DNA of 64,000 nt from Alphaproteobacteria bacterium (GTDB lineage: Bacteria > Pseudomonadota > Alphaproteobacteria > SP197). The DNA is taken from positions 64,001-128,000 of the forward strand of contig OZ219746.1 in the NCBI GenBank assembly GCA_964291265.2, written 5' to 3'. Numbering within the stretch: the stretch's first letter is position 1; each line of letters starts with the position of its first letter. Positions 20,358-29,412 of the stretch are shown one piece after another. The position numbers were made by a program, and so were the translations under genes. The notes under the pieces were generated by a model. The model was not told where the DNA came from. It saw only the letters and a list, made by a program, of their open reading frames with translations, and made no database searches.

Positions 20358-21764
20358 TCAATTCGCCTGTCCGCTGTCCTTCGGAGGACCGCCGAGGATG
20401 AAGTCGCCGACCGTACCCTCGATCACCGGATCCAGGCCGGTCACCCGCGCGAAACGCGCCGAGTTCCCCGTACCGAGGCCGCACGGAGAAAGACCGAGAT
20501 CCGTCGCCACGAGATACAGGGTCTGGTAAAGTGCGCCCACATTGCGCAGAATCACGCCATAGGCGATCGATCGGTACTTCCACATGACCCTGGCGAAACG
20601 GGCGCTGAACGCCAGCACGATCTGAGGGTTGGCGAGGTGTCCCGTCGCCACTCTGGCATCCTCCACGATCGCCTCCACCTCGGTCGTGCGCCCGGCGATC
20701 GCGACCAGTTCATGGGTCGCTGCGTCGTAGTGGTACAGGCCGGACTCCAGGCCGTCACAGCGATCGACCACCGGATAGATCTCGAGTTCGTAGCTGGCGC
20801 CGCCTGAGGGATAAGGCCGTCTCGTGACTTCAACATCGTAGGACGGCCCCGCGGGATCGCCGACCGGGACCGCAAAGCGTTCGAGAATCCGCGCGGCGCG
20901 GTCGAGCAGCGCGCCGAGGTCCGCCAGGGAGATCGGACGGGCTTCGTCATAGACCCTCTCCGATCGGCGCCGTTCGAGAATCCGGACGAGCGACTCTCCT
21001 CCGGCGTCCTCCGGCGCAACCGGCAACGCGGTCCGCCGGCCAGGCCAGGGGGGACGGACGCCAGGCGGCGGATCGACCTGGCCGACGAACGGGAAGATTC
21101 CGCCGATCGGATCACCATGCCAGCCCGGCCGATGATGCCAATGATACAGCAGGTCATGAAACTCCCACTGCATCAAGGCCTCGCTGCGCGGGTCGCCTGC
21201 CGCACCCCCGGTCTCCAGAAAGCCCTCGGCGGCCAGGGCCCGTCGGATGACAGGGACCTCGAGGCGGCTCGGATCGGAGAGGCGGAAGCGTGTGCCGGCC
21301 AGCGGAGATTCCAGTATCCAGTCCCGCCCGGAACGGCGCAGGCAGGCAAAGCGGTCGAGGTTGGCCTCCGGCGGCGGCATGTCCTCCGCCAGGCGGGGGG
21401 CATGGCCGTCCCACTGCGGCTGCATCACTGCCTGTTCGCCCGTCTCGTCGATCACGAGCAGTTCCATCCCCCGGAACCGATAGAGGGTCTGCAGGGCGAC
21501 AAGATAGGAGGCTGCGCACGACGGCCCGCCGGCCTCGATGACCGCGTCGCGGAGTTCGCTCAGCGGGGCGCCGGCGCGAAGCATCGTGTTGGCCGTCCCA
21601 TAGGCCCGCGCGTAGGGCGCGAAAGGCGGTCCGATCCCCAGCACCGAGTCCTCGACGACAAGGGACCTGCCGTCCGCAGACGCTGCCAGCTTTCGCCCGG
21701 CGGGCAGGCGGGCGAGGATCGCGGGCTCCCCGAGCAGATCGAAAAATCCCATCCGTCCCTCCAA
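20358..21764 (-). CDS. SagB/ThcOx-type FMN-dependent azoline dehydrogenase
   Basis: WEFHDLLYH; ERRRSER; RPYPSGGASYELEIY; KY motif in WKYRSIAY; LYLVATDLGLSPCGLG. Confidence 0.92.
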   Translation of the reverse strand: MEGRMGFFDLLGEPAILARLPAGRKLAASADGRSLVVEDSVLGIGPPFAPYARAYGTANTMLRAGAPLSELRDAVIEAGGPSCAASYLVALQTLYRFRGMELLVIDETGEQAVMQPQWDGHAPRLAEDMPPPEANLDRFACLRRSGRDWILESPLAGTRFRLSDPSRLEVPVIRRALAAEGFLETGGAAGDPRSEALMQWEFHDLLYHWHHRPGWHGDPIGGIFPFVGQVDPPPGVRPPWPGRRTALPVAPEDAGGESLVRILERRRSERVYDEARPISLADLGALLDRAARILERFAVPVGDPAGPSYDVEVTRRPYPSGGASYELEIYPVVDRCDGLESGLYHYDAATHELVAIAGRTTEVEAIVEDARVATGHLANPQIVLAFSARFARVMWKYRSIAYGVILRNVGALYQTLYLVATDLGLSPCGLGTGNSARFARVTGLDPVIEGTVGDFILGGPPKDSGQAN

Positions 21765-24080
21765 TCAGACGAACACTGCGACGGGGTTCAGATCGGCTTC
21801 CGCGGTCGGCTCGGCAAGCCATCCCATCTTGATCGGCACGTCATAGAGACGCCCCGGAGCGAACCGCGCCCAGAAATGCCTCATGCCCGGCACGATGGTG
21901 CGGGCGACCGGCATGCCGATATCCGGCCGGGTCTGGTCGAGGACCAGGAATTCCATGCCGAGGTCCTCGACCAGTGACCGACAATGCTCGACATCCTCGC
22001 GCGTATCGGTGGTCCGGGGAGCGCGATAGTGCTCCACGCTTCGCTCGGGCAGGGCGGAGTCCGGCACCAGGTAGGGATGCTCTCTCACGCGGGCATTCTT
22101 CCACCACCACAGGCTCTCGGGGTCGTCGAAGAGATAGCCGGTGCCGTCGGCCTTCACGTCCCGGACTGCGGTCAACTGCTGGTTCAGTTCGCACACGGCC
22201 CTCATGCCCGCGATACCGGGGTCCAGGTGGGCGCCGGCGGCAAACACGATATCCTCCTGGTCCTTGTCCGTTCGACGCGATACCGCAGCGAACACCGGAA
22301 TGCCGATATCGTGGGTCACGTCGATCATCCAGAGATCGCGGTTGCAGGCGGCGTAGTAGTCGCGCGCTTCCGCAAGGTAGGCGTCGCCGAAACTGTCGAG
22401 CGCCACCGCGGGACGCCGGAGTCGGTTGTACCACCAGCAAGCGAAGGCATCACGCTCCACCAGTTCCAGGAATCCCTGCAGGATGGCCTCCTCCAGGGTG
22501 TTGCCGGCCGCACAGCCGTTGGTGTCCGGGCCGAAGAACGGCTCGTCATGTTCCTGCGGCATGGAGAAATAGAGCATCCCGGTGGGCAGGTAGCGATGGC
22601 ATTCCTGCGTTAACGACCAGACCGGGGACCAGCTCATCTCAACGGTCGTGTCGAAACGTGCCGGAACATAGGCGAACTTCCGTTGCAGGGCATTGAGTTC
22701 CGCGGCGTTGTCGTATTGCCGGTCGCTGTAGTGCAGAACCGTTTCCGGGTGGATGGCTTCGCCATTGCGAAAATCCACGAAGCGGGTCCGGCGGCGGATT
22801 TCGTCGCCGCGGTAAGCGCCGGAATGCCGCTCGATGGCTTCGCACAGCGCGCTCGCTTCGGCCTGTTCTCGCGTGCTTCCCTTGCCGGAGTTAAGGGAGC
22901 GGATGCTGGTGCGCAACGCCAGCAGGCTGCGCGCCTGCATCGCGAGGTTGGCGCCGGCCACATTGACATGCAGCCAGGAATCCCGCTCGTCGGTGATGCG
23001 CAGCAACCGATTCACCGCCCCGGTGACCGGACTGACGAGGTGACGGTAGCGGCGCAGGGTGTCCTGCGGCGGCACGGAGCGAAAACCGCCGCTGGTGCGT
23101 ACCGGTTTCGGGCTGGGGGCGAGACGCAGCGGCGAAGCCGGCCGGTCCACGCGGTACAGCGCCGGGTCGCCGCAGGACCGGCACTGCGGCCGCCGCGTGA
23201 CCGGATGGATGGTGGTCCTCATGCCGAGTGCTTCCAGTGCCATGGTATGGCGGTGGAGCGTGGCGCTGTCCCCGAAGACGACCCATTTGGCAAGTTCCAG
23301 GGCCGCCAGCCCGATCACGACGTCGGACAGACTGTCCGGCGTATTCGCGGGGAACGCGAACCCGGCCGGGAGGCCGCGCAGATAGCTTGCGATCTCGACA
23401 TTGCTGCCGATCCGGCTCGCCAGACAGGTCCAGCACGGCGCGTCCTGCTCAGCAGGGCGGAACACCGGGCCAAAGAGGCAAAAGACGCCCACGGGCTTGA
23501 CCAGAGCCCAGGGGATGCCTGACTCGAGATGCCGGCGGTTGGTCCGCGCATGAGCATCGTCCAGGTAATCGTCCGTGACGACGACCGACAGCGTCGGCCT
23601 GTCCGGCCCAACGGTCAGCCCGAGGTCTGCGAGCGCCGCGCCGAGCCGCCCGTCGTCTCCGAAGAGGGCAATCCGGGCGGCGCCGAGACGCCGTTCGGCC
23701 CATCTCGGCGTGGCCCCCTGCGAACACCAGAACGCGGCGGACACCCTGTCCATGGCGAAGTCGGCCGAGACGACGCAACCCTTGGCTGCAAGCGAAACCA
23801 TGGCGGTCTGAACGCGCAGCGCCGAATGCCGCTCCGACAGTTCGGCGACGATCTCGCGGCGGGTATGCCCGCTCTCGAGCAGAGGCGCGAGGTCGCGATA
23901 CAACTCTCCGGCCAAGAGGATGCTCGCGGTCTCGGACGCCAGGATAAGGGCCCCGTCCTCCGAAACGCGGGAAGCAAGATGGGGTGCGAGCAACGGCCTT
24001 TCGATGATGCCACGGTCGCATTCGGTGAACCGTTGCGGCGGCGCGAATATCGGTTTCCACCCCGTTCGGTCGACAGACAC
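21765..24080 (-). CDS. Fused RRE/E1-YcaO cyclodehydratase, paralog B
   Basis: PCWTC and CRSC; ASALCEAIER; TNGCAAGNTLEEAILQGFLELVERD; C-terminus LNPVAVFV. Confidence 0.93.
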   Translation of the reverse strand: MSVDRTGWKPIFAPPQRFTECDRGIIERPLLAPHLASRVSEDGALILASETASILLAGELYRDLAPLLESGHTRREIVAELSERHSALRVQTAMVSLAAKGCVVSADFAMDRVSAAFWCSQGATPRWAERRLGAARIALFGDDGRLGAALADLGLTVGPDRPTLSVVVTDDYLDDAHARTNRRHLESGIPWALVKPVGVFCLFGPVFRPAEQDAPCWTCLASRIGSNVEIASYLRGLPAGFAFPANTPDSLSDVVIGLAALELAKWVVFGDSATLHRHTMALEALGMRTTIHPVTRRPQCRSCGDPALYRVDRPASPLRLAPSPKPVRTSGGFRSVPPQDTLRRYRHLVSPVTGAVNRLLRITDERDSWLHVNVAGANLAMQARSLLALRTSIRSLNSGKGSTREQAEASALCEAIERHSGAYRGDEIRRRTRFVDFRNGEAIHPETVLHYSDRQYDNAAELNALQRKFAYVPARFDTTVEMSWSPVWSLTQECHRYLPTGMLYFSMPQEHDEPFFGPDTNGCAAGNTLEEAILQGFLELVERDAFACWWYNRLRRPAVALDSFGDAYLAEARDYYAACNRDLWMIDVTHDIGIPVFAAVSRRTDKDQEDIVFAAGAHLDPGIAGMRAVCELNQQLTAVRDVKADGTGYLFDDPESLWWWKNARVREHPYLVPDSALPERSVEHYRAPRTTDTREDVEHCRSLVEDLGMEFLVLDQTRPDIGMPVARTIVPGMRHFWARFAPGRLYDVPIKMGWLAEPTAEADLNPVAVFV

Positions 24081-24153
24081 TACGACAGCACACCCGGTGG
24101 CCGGGCCGGCGCAGGAGGGTGGAAAAAGCGAAAGGGCGGCCCGGCTTCCCTAC

Positions 24154-24441
24154 TCATTCATCCTTGCGCGCCACGACATCCCGGTAGGTCGAAGGCGCCG
24201 GCAAGAGGATATGGACGCGGTCATGGGTGTTGAAGACCAGCTTGACCTTGGCCCCTTCCGGGAAATCGAAACCCTCGGACCTGAGGACGGCGGTCGGGTC
24301 GGCGTCCATCTTCGCCTTGAAGTCGGGGTCGCCGTAGTACTTCGCCACCACGTCTGCATAGAGTTGCTGACGTTCCTTCAGGTCCCCCGACGAAAGAAGG
24401 TCGGTGACCAGGGCGTCGATCGGCTTCAGTGGTTTTTCCAC
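24154..24441 (-). CDS. Leader-only NHLP (proteusin-like) peptide, 95 aa, no double-Gly and no core
   Basis: RBS GGAGGAGAG then GTG; VVAKYYGDPDFKAKMDADPTAVLRSEGFDFPEGAKVKLVFNTHDRVHILLPAP matches the NHLP leader pattern. Confidence 0.8.
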   Translation of the reverse strand: MEKPLKPIDALVTDLLSSGDLKERQQLYADVVAKYYGDPDFKAKMDADPTAVLRSEGFDFPEGAKVKLVFNTHDRVHILLPAPSTYRDVVARKDE

Positions 24442-24487
24442 ATCTCTCTCCTCCGCTGCACGATGACCATAGAGCAACCGCGACCTT

Positions 24488-24907
24488 CTAGCTGGCGCTG
24501 CCCGCGGTGCCCGCCGTGCCCGCCGTGGAAAACGAACTGAAGAAGGTACTGGTCTGGAAGGTACTCGCCGAGCTGACGCTGCCCGCGCTGCCAGCCGTGG
24601 CGCCACCCGACACCGCGCTCAGGCTCTCGTCAGCCAGGTCCATGTTCGGGTCGGGCGGCAAGATGAAATGCACGACCTCATCGGTGTTCGCGACCACGTC
24701 GACCTGCATGCCGACGACGGGAACGTCGAAACCGAAGGCCTTGTACACCTCGGTGCCGCTGGCTTCATCGATCGAGGAGCGGAACTCCTCGTCGCTCCGG
24801 TACCGGTCGGCGGTCTCGAGGAATCGCTCGTAGCTCTTCGTATATGTCCCCATGGCCATCGGCGACATGTCGATGTTGTCGAGAAAGTCATTGCTTGGGA
24901 CGTTCAT
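24488..24907 (-). CDS. NHLP/proteusin precursor 1; core ATAGSAGSVSSASTFQTSTFFSSFSTAGTAGTAGSAS (24491-24601)
   Basis: RBS AGGAGA; leader VANTDEVVHFILPPDP and LADESLSAVSGG double-Gly site; 37-aa Ser/Thr-rich core. Confidence 0.92.
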   Translation of the reverse strand: MNVPSNDFLDNIDMSPMAMGTYTKSYERFLETADRYRSDEEFRSSIDEASGTEVYKAFGFDVPVVGMQVDVVANTDEVVHFILPPDPNMDLADESLSAVSGGATAGSAGSVSSASTFQTSTFFSSFSTAGTAGTAGSAS

Positions 24908-24982
24908 GGTTGTGTCTCCTTGGCAAATCTTGTCTGAGGGGATCGTTGTCGGCAGGCCGGTGCGTTGCGCAAGGCCTCAGCC

Positions 24983-25372
24983 TCAACCAGCCGAACCCGC
25001 CGATCCGGCGGTGGATGCACTGCCGAGGCTGGAAAAGGACGTGAAGCAGAGGAAGGTGCTCGCCGATCCGACAGTGCCGGCCGTGCTGGCCGTGCTGCCG
25101 CCGGAAATCTGGCTCAACTGCTCATCCGCCAGATCGCTGTTGGGATCGGGCGGCATGACGAAGTGCGTCACCTCGTCGGAATCCATGAGAAACCGATAAT
25201 CCACTCCCTCCAGGCGTGTCATCCCGAACTCGTCGAAGACATCGTCGTTGTCGCCGCGGTCAATCCGGTCACGGAAAGCCGCATCGGTGTGGTAGCGGTC
25301 GGAAATGGCGACGACGAGATCACGGCGATCATCGTTCATTTCCACTTCCTGCATGAACTGCTGGCTGTTCAT
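24983..25372 (-). CDS. NHLP/proteusin precursor 2; core STASTAGTVGSASTFLCFTSFSSLGSASTAGSAGSAG (24986-25096)
   Basis: Leader THFVMPPDP and LADEQLSQISGG; 37-aa core; true start may be ATG 25339. Confidence 0.92.
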   Translation of the reverse strand: MNSQQFMQEVEMNDDRRDLVVAISDRYHTDAAFRDRIDRGDNDDVFDEFGMTRLEGVDYRFLMDSDEVTHFVMPPDPNSDLADEQLSQISGGSTASTAGTVGSASTFLCFTSFSSLGSASTAGSAGSAG

Positions 25373-25403
25373 CAGCTTGCTCCGTGAAGGTTGCAGGACG
25401 GCA

Positions 25404-25433
25404 GATTATCCCCTGTTGTATGCTTGTGCAAGG
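25404..25433 (-). promoter_or_regulatory. Candidate sigma70 promoter for the precursor operon
   Basis: Minus strand CTTGCA-N16-GATAAT just upstream of precursor 2; pattern match only. Confidence 0.3.
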
Positions 25434-25638
25434 GACGTTCGGACACATTCGACGATGTCGTGGCGGATCACGGTGACAGGGGTTCGACCGTGGCGGCGGC
25501 CCGGGGCATGGCTCGGTGTCTTCGTCGTTCCGCAGATACGGCCCGATCCTTCTGTCCGCCGGGACATTGACATTACACTGCGCCACGCTGGATGGCTGAC
25601 CCCGATTGGCCCTTTCACAGGAAGGCTCAAGCAGGCTT

Positions 25639-28149
25639 ATGGACCTCGACATTCTCATCGCCCGGGCGTCGCCGCCGCCGGAGCGCGGCGGCGACGGGCC
25701 GTTCGTCATGGCCCCCACCGACCCCGACTCCCGGTCTCGCCGCGAAGGAAGGCTTCTCGACGCCTTCGGCTCGCGGCAGGCGCTGGCCCGACATGCCGAG
25801 GGGCTGGGGTTGTCCGTGGGCGCCTATCTGGCGAGATTCGGCGATGTCCGCCTGGAGGGTCCCGCGCCGGACTGGGGTTGCGCCTTGCGGGAGATCCTCG
25901 CCCGGCTGGCTGATACCGAGTCGCCATTCTCGGCCGTCTATCCGTGGGCCCGCGGCCGCATCGAGGCGGAATGGCCCGGTGGCCTGCCGCACGGCGCCGG
26001 CGCGCTGGACGGGGCGGTGTCCCATCTCGAATGGCGTTTCCGCGCGATCCTGATGCAGACCATGCGGTATGAGGCCAGGTTGGGGGCGTCGCGCGTGACC
26101 TGGGCGGCGCGGTTCGCCCGCAGTCCGGCGCTGGCCTACGCGCTCGGCCGCACGCTGGCCGACTGGCGTGCGGACCTCGTTCGGATGCTGCGCCATGCAG
26201 CCGAAGACCGGGCCGAACTGTCCCGGCGCTTCTTCGACGGTAGAGATCCCGGGCTGCTGGTCGGTATCGAGCAGGGACTCGGCGATCCGCATGCCGGAGG
26301 GCGGTCGGTCGCAATCCTGCGCTTCGCCAACGGTTCGGTCGTTTTCAAGCCCAAGGACCTGCGAATCGCCGGCGTCATGCGGGAGATCGTCGGCCTGATC
26401 TCCAGCGTCGAGCTTTCGCCGCCCTCCACGGTGCCGCGTGCGGGCTATGCCTGGGAAAGGGAGTACGCGCCGCAGCCGGTCGCCGCCGCCGCGGATGCCG
26501 ACCGTTTCTATCGGGCGCTCGGCGGCTGGCTTGCCTTGCTCCAGGCCATGAACGCGAGCGATTTCTGGTTCGACAACCTGATCGCCGACGGCGCCACGCC
26601 GCGGTTCGTTGATTTCGAAACGGTCCTGCAGCCGGCCTCGGCATGGCCGCCCCGGATACGGCGCCTGGTCGATGAGGAAGCGATCAGCTTCAACATGCGA
26701 GTGGCCAGCGTCGGCATCCTGCCGCTTCTAATGTCGATCAGGGAGGGTCTGGAACCGACCGACCTCGGGTGCCTCTGCCAACCGGGGGAGCACCGCACGC
26801 CGATGGGTGCCGCAGAGAATGGCGGTCTGTTTGTGTGGCAGGAAGAGCGATATGCCCCGCGCTACGAGTCCGGCGACTTCGCGGACAGCGCGGCGCATTT
26901 CGACGCCCTCGAGGACGGCTATCTCCGGGTCGCCCGGGAGCTGGGGTCGGCGGCGACGCAGGAGCGAATCCTGGCGGCGCTCGAAAATGTGCCGGACGCG
27001 CAGCTTCGCGTCCTCCTGATCGACACCTGGACCTGCTATCGGATCGTTCAGGAATCCCTCCTTCCCGGCACCCTGTCAGACGGTGTTTGGCGCGAGATCG
27101 TCTTGCACAAGATGCTGCCCCGCCACGCCGAGCTGACCGGCCCTCTCCGCGAGGCGGCGGTGCGCGACATGCGCCGCCTCGACATCCCGCTGTTCCTGAC
27201 CGCGCCGGCCTCTCGGGACCTTCTGGGGGTGGAGGGTGAGGCGTGGCGGAACGTGTTCAGGAAGGATGCCATTGCCACCTTGCGCGGCGCATTCGGCACC
27301 ATGTCTGCAGCCACCGAACGGGAACGGCTGGCGTGGCTGCGTTCGTCGTTTTCCCTGCGCGCAGCCAATCCGCCTCGGCAGACCCCGGAGCGCGGCCGGC
27401 CGGCGCCGGCAAGGCCGGAGGATCTTCTGGCCTGGGCAGATCAGATCGCGAGCGACGTTCGGGATCTCGCCGTGACGAACGTGTGCGGATATCCGACCTG
27501 GGTCGGCATTGTGCACGAGGTTCACTTCGGAAGACGTTGCATGGCGCCGCTCCCCATCGACATCCTGTCGGGCCGCGCAGGAATCGCTCAGGCGTTGCTT
27601 GAGCTGAGCGACAGGCTCGGTCGTGCGGACCTGGCGGACCTCGCGTGCGAGACCCTGAGGGGGGCGGCGCGCGATTATGCCGAGGCCATGGACTTCAGCC
27701 AGGATCTGGGAGTCGGATATGCTGTCGGTGCCGGCGGACTCCTGCACATGCTGGTGTGCGAGCCCTCTCTGCGGGACGAAGCGCAGATGGTCTACCGAAG
27801 CGCTGCGGAAAAGGAAGCATGGATGCAGTCCGGGAGCGACTTCGTGTCCGGCCTCGCTGGTTGGAAGGACGCGGTTCTGACCCTCGGCGGCAGGGTTCCG
27901 GAGCGGCACGGCCGACAGCGGCCTTATGCGCCCTCGGCCCTGCCTCGACTCGCTCCCTGGCTGGACCCCGGACAGGCGAAGCCGGTCTGCGCCGACCGGC
28001 GGGCGGCAGCGCTCATGAGGCGGGATCGTGATCGACTGGGAAGCTGGTTCGCCGAGAGATGGGCCGATGATCGACACGATCTCTCGGGGGTGGATGGGAC
28101 CCCCGCGCTCGCCGTCGCCTTCGCGCGTCTGGCGGATGGCCCGGCTTAG
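25639..28149 (+). CDS. LanM-like (DUF4135) dehydratase with a truncated/degenerate LanC cyclase domain
   Basis: GLGDPHAGGRSV; VFKPKDL; SDFWFDNLIA; VDFETVL; LRVLLIDT; DIPLF; cyclase remnant GRAGIA but no WCHG/CHG Zn ligands. Confidence 0.85.
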   Translation: MDLDILIARASPPPERGGDGPFVMAPTDPDSRSRREGRLLDAFGSRQALARHAEGLGLSVGAYLARFGDVRLEGPAPDWGCALREILARLADTESPFSAVYPWARGRIEAEWPGGLPHGAGALDGAVSHLEWRFRAILMQTMRYEARLGASRVTWAARFARSPALAYALGRTLADWRADLVRMLRHAAEDRAELSRRFFDGRDPGLLVGIEQGLGDPHAGGRSVAILRFANGSVVFKPKDLRIAGVMREIVGLISSVELSPPSTVPRAGYAWEREYAPQPVAAAADADRFYRALGGWLALLQAMNASDFWFDNLIADGATPRFVDFETVLQPASAWPPRIRRLVDEEAISFNMRVASVGILPLLMSIREGLEPTDLGCLCQPGEHRTPMGAAENGGLFVWQEERYAPRYESGDFADSAAHFDALEDGYLRVARELGSAATQERILAALENVPDAQLRVLLIDTWTCYRIVQESLLPGTLSDGVWREIVLHKMLPRHAELTGPLREAAVRDMRRLDIPLFLTAPASRDLLGVEGEAWRNVFRKDAIATLRGAFGTMSAATERERLAWLRSSFSLRAANPPRQTPERGRPAPARPEDLLAWADQIASDVRDLAVTNVCGYPTWVGIVHEVHFGRRCMAPLPIDILSGRAGIAQALLELSDRLGRADLADLACETLRGAARDYAEAMDFSQDLGVGYAVGAGGLLHMLVCEPSLRDEAQMVYRSAAEKEAWMQSGSDFVSGLAGWKDAVLTLGGRVPERHGRQRPYAPSALPRLAPWLDPGQAKPVCADRRAAALMRRDRDRLGSWFAERWADDRHDLSGVDGTPALAVAFARLADGPA

Positions 28150-29412
28150 GCGATCGGGTCGGGCGCGGCCTTTCGACGGCGGCGTTCCCCTTGCCGGCCC
28201 GCCGCCGCTCGCCACGGGCCCGGCGACGATCGCATGGCAGCACCGACAGCCGCGCGCGGTTGGTTGTGCGCCGCATCGGTCGCCGCGGCATACTCGACGA
28301 TGTCGCACCGCGGGCCTGGCGCGCCGACAAACGACCGTGCGGACCGCACGCGTGACCGGCCGGCCGCGTGATCGGTTCCGCACCTGCGTCGTCGCATCGT
28401 GTTTCCCATGGTGCTGCTCGGAAGGTGGGCGACGGTTCGGCAATGGTCTCCTCACGTGCGCGGCGGGCACTGCTGCTCGAGCGTCGCTCGGGCTGGATGG
28501 CGACCATACAACTCGTGTATCGCCCGAAGGGCAGGGCGGTCAGGAAGCGCACCTGGAACGCGCTTCGGCGCGGTGGTTCTTACACCCTCACACCGATGGC
28601 GTGCTCGACACCGGGGCTGCAACTGTCGGAGGAGAGCTGCGCCGCCTTGTCGTGTCGGGAACACTTGTCACCGATCGATGGCGGCCGACACGCTGTCGAT
28701 GTGTGCGCATACGCCGCCTGCAGCATGATCGCGCAACACCGTCCGCCATGACCCGATTGGTCGCGGGCGTCGTGCCGTCTTGCATCGTGTCACCGATCAG
28801 CGTCATGAGTTCAGCGCACGATCCAGTTTCGTTTCCGCCAGGGATGCATCGCGTTCGAGCCGTGTGCATCAGCCGATGGCCACGCAGAACTACCGTGGAT
28901 CGACGTATGGCGAGCTTGCTGTCATCGACCCACGCTGCATCCGACAACAACCGCGAACCACGGGCAGATTCCGGAAACAGGAAGACGCTGAGCAGGCATG
29001 TCCACGTGCTCCCGGAACAGTGGGAGCGCATCGCAAGGGCCGCCAGGAGAAACGCCCTGAGCGGCGCCCGGCTCCCCGTCGAAACTGCCATCGCAGCCCT
29101 AGCCCGGAGGGAGCTCCCTGACGCGGACGCCCGGACAGCCGTGACGAGACCATGCACCGCAACGTCGTTCAGCGTGTTCGTCGTGATGCCCCCCGGACGG
29201 AGTCGATCGAGGTCGCGAAAGCCTGACGGGACTTCGGCTCGCAGGCGCTCCCTGTCGCGGCCATGTCCTTCGTCCCTTGCTCATGGACAGGCAGGCGGAT
29301 AGCGTGGCCGTGCGTCCGGGCGCGGCTGTTCCGGAACATCGGGAGCCACGGCAAGGAGGGTTCCGTGCGCCCTATCTGATCGCAGGTTCCGGCGCCGCGA
29401 AGGGAGAGACCG

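Noticed and set aside
10088-28149. Classification as a thiopeptide, cyanobactin, polytheonamide-type or ordinary class II lanthipeptide cluster
   Set aside because: No LanB or pyridine synthase, no PatA/PatG protease, no radical SAM epimerase; the LanM lacks cyclase Zn ligands and the cores have almost no Cys
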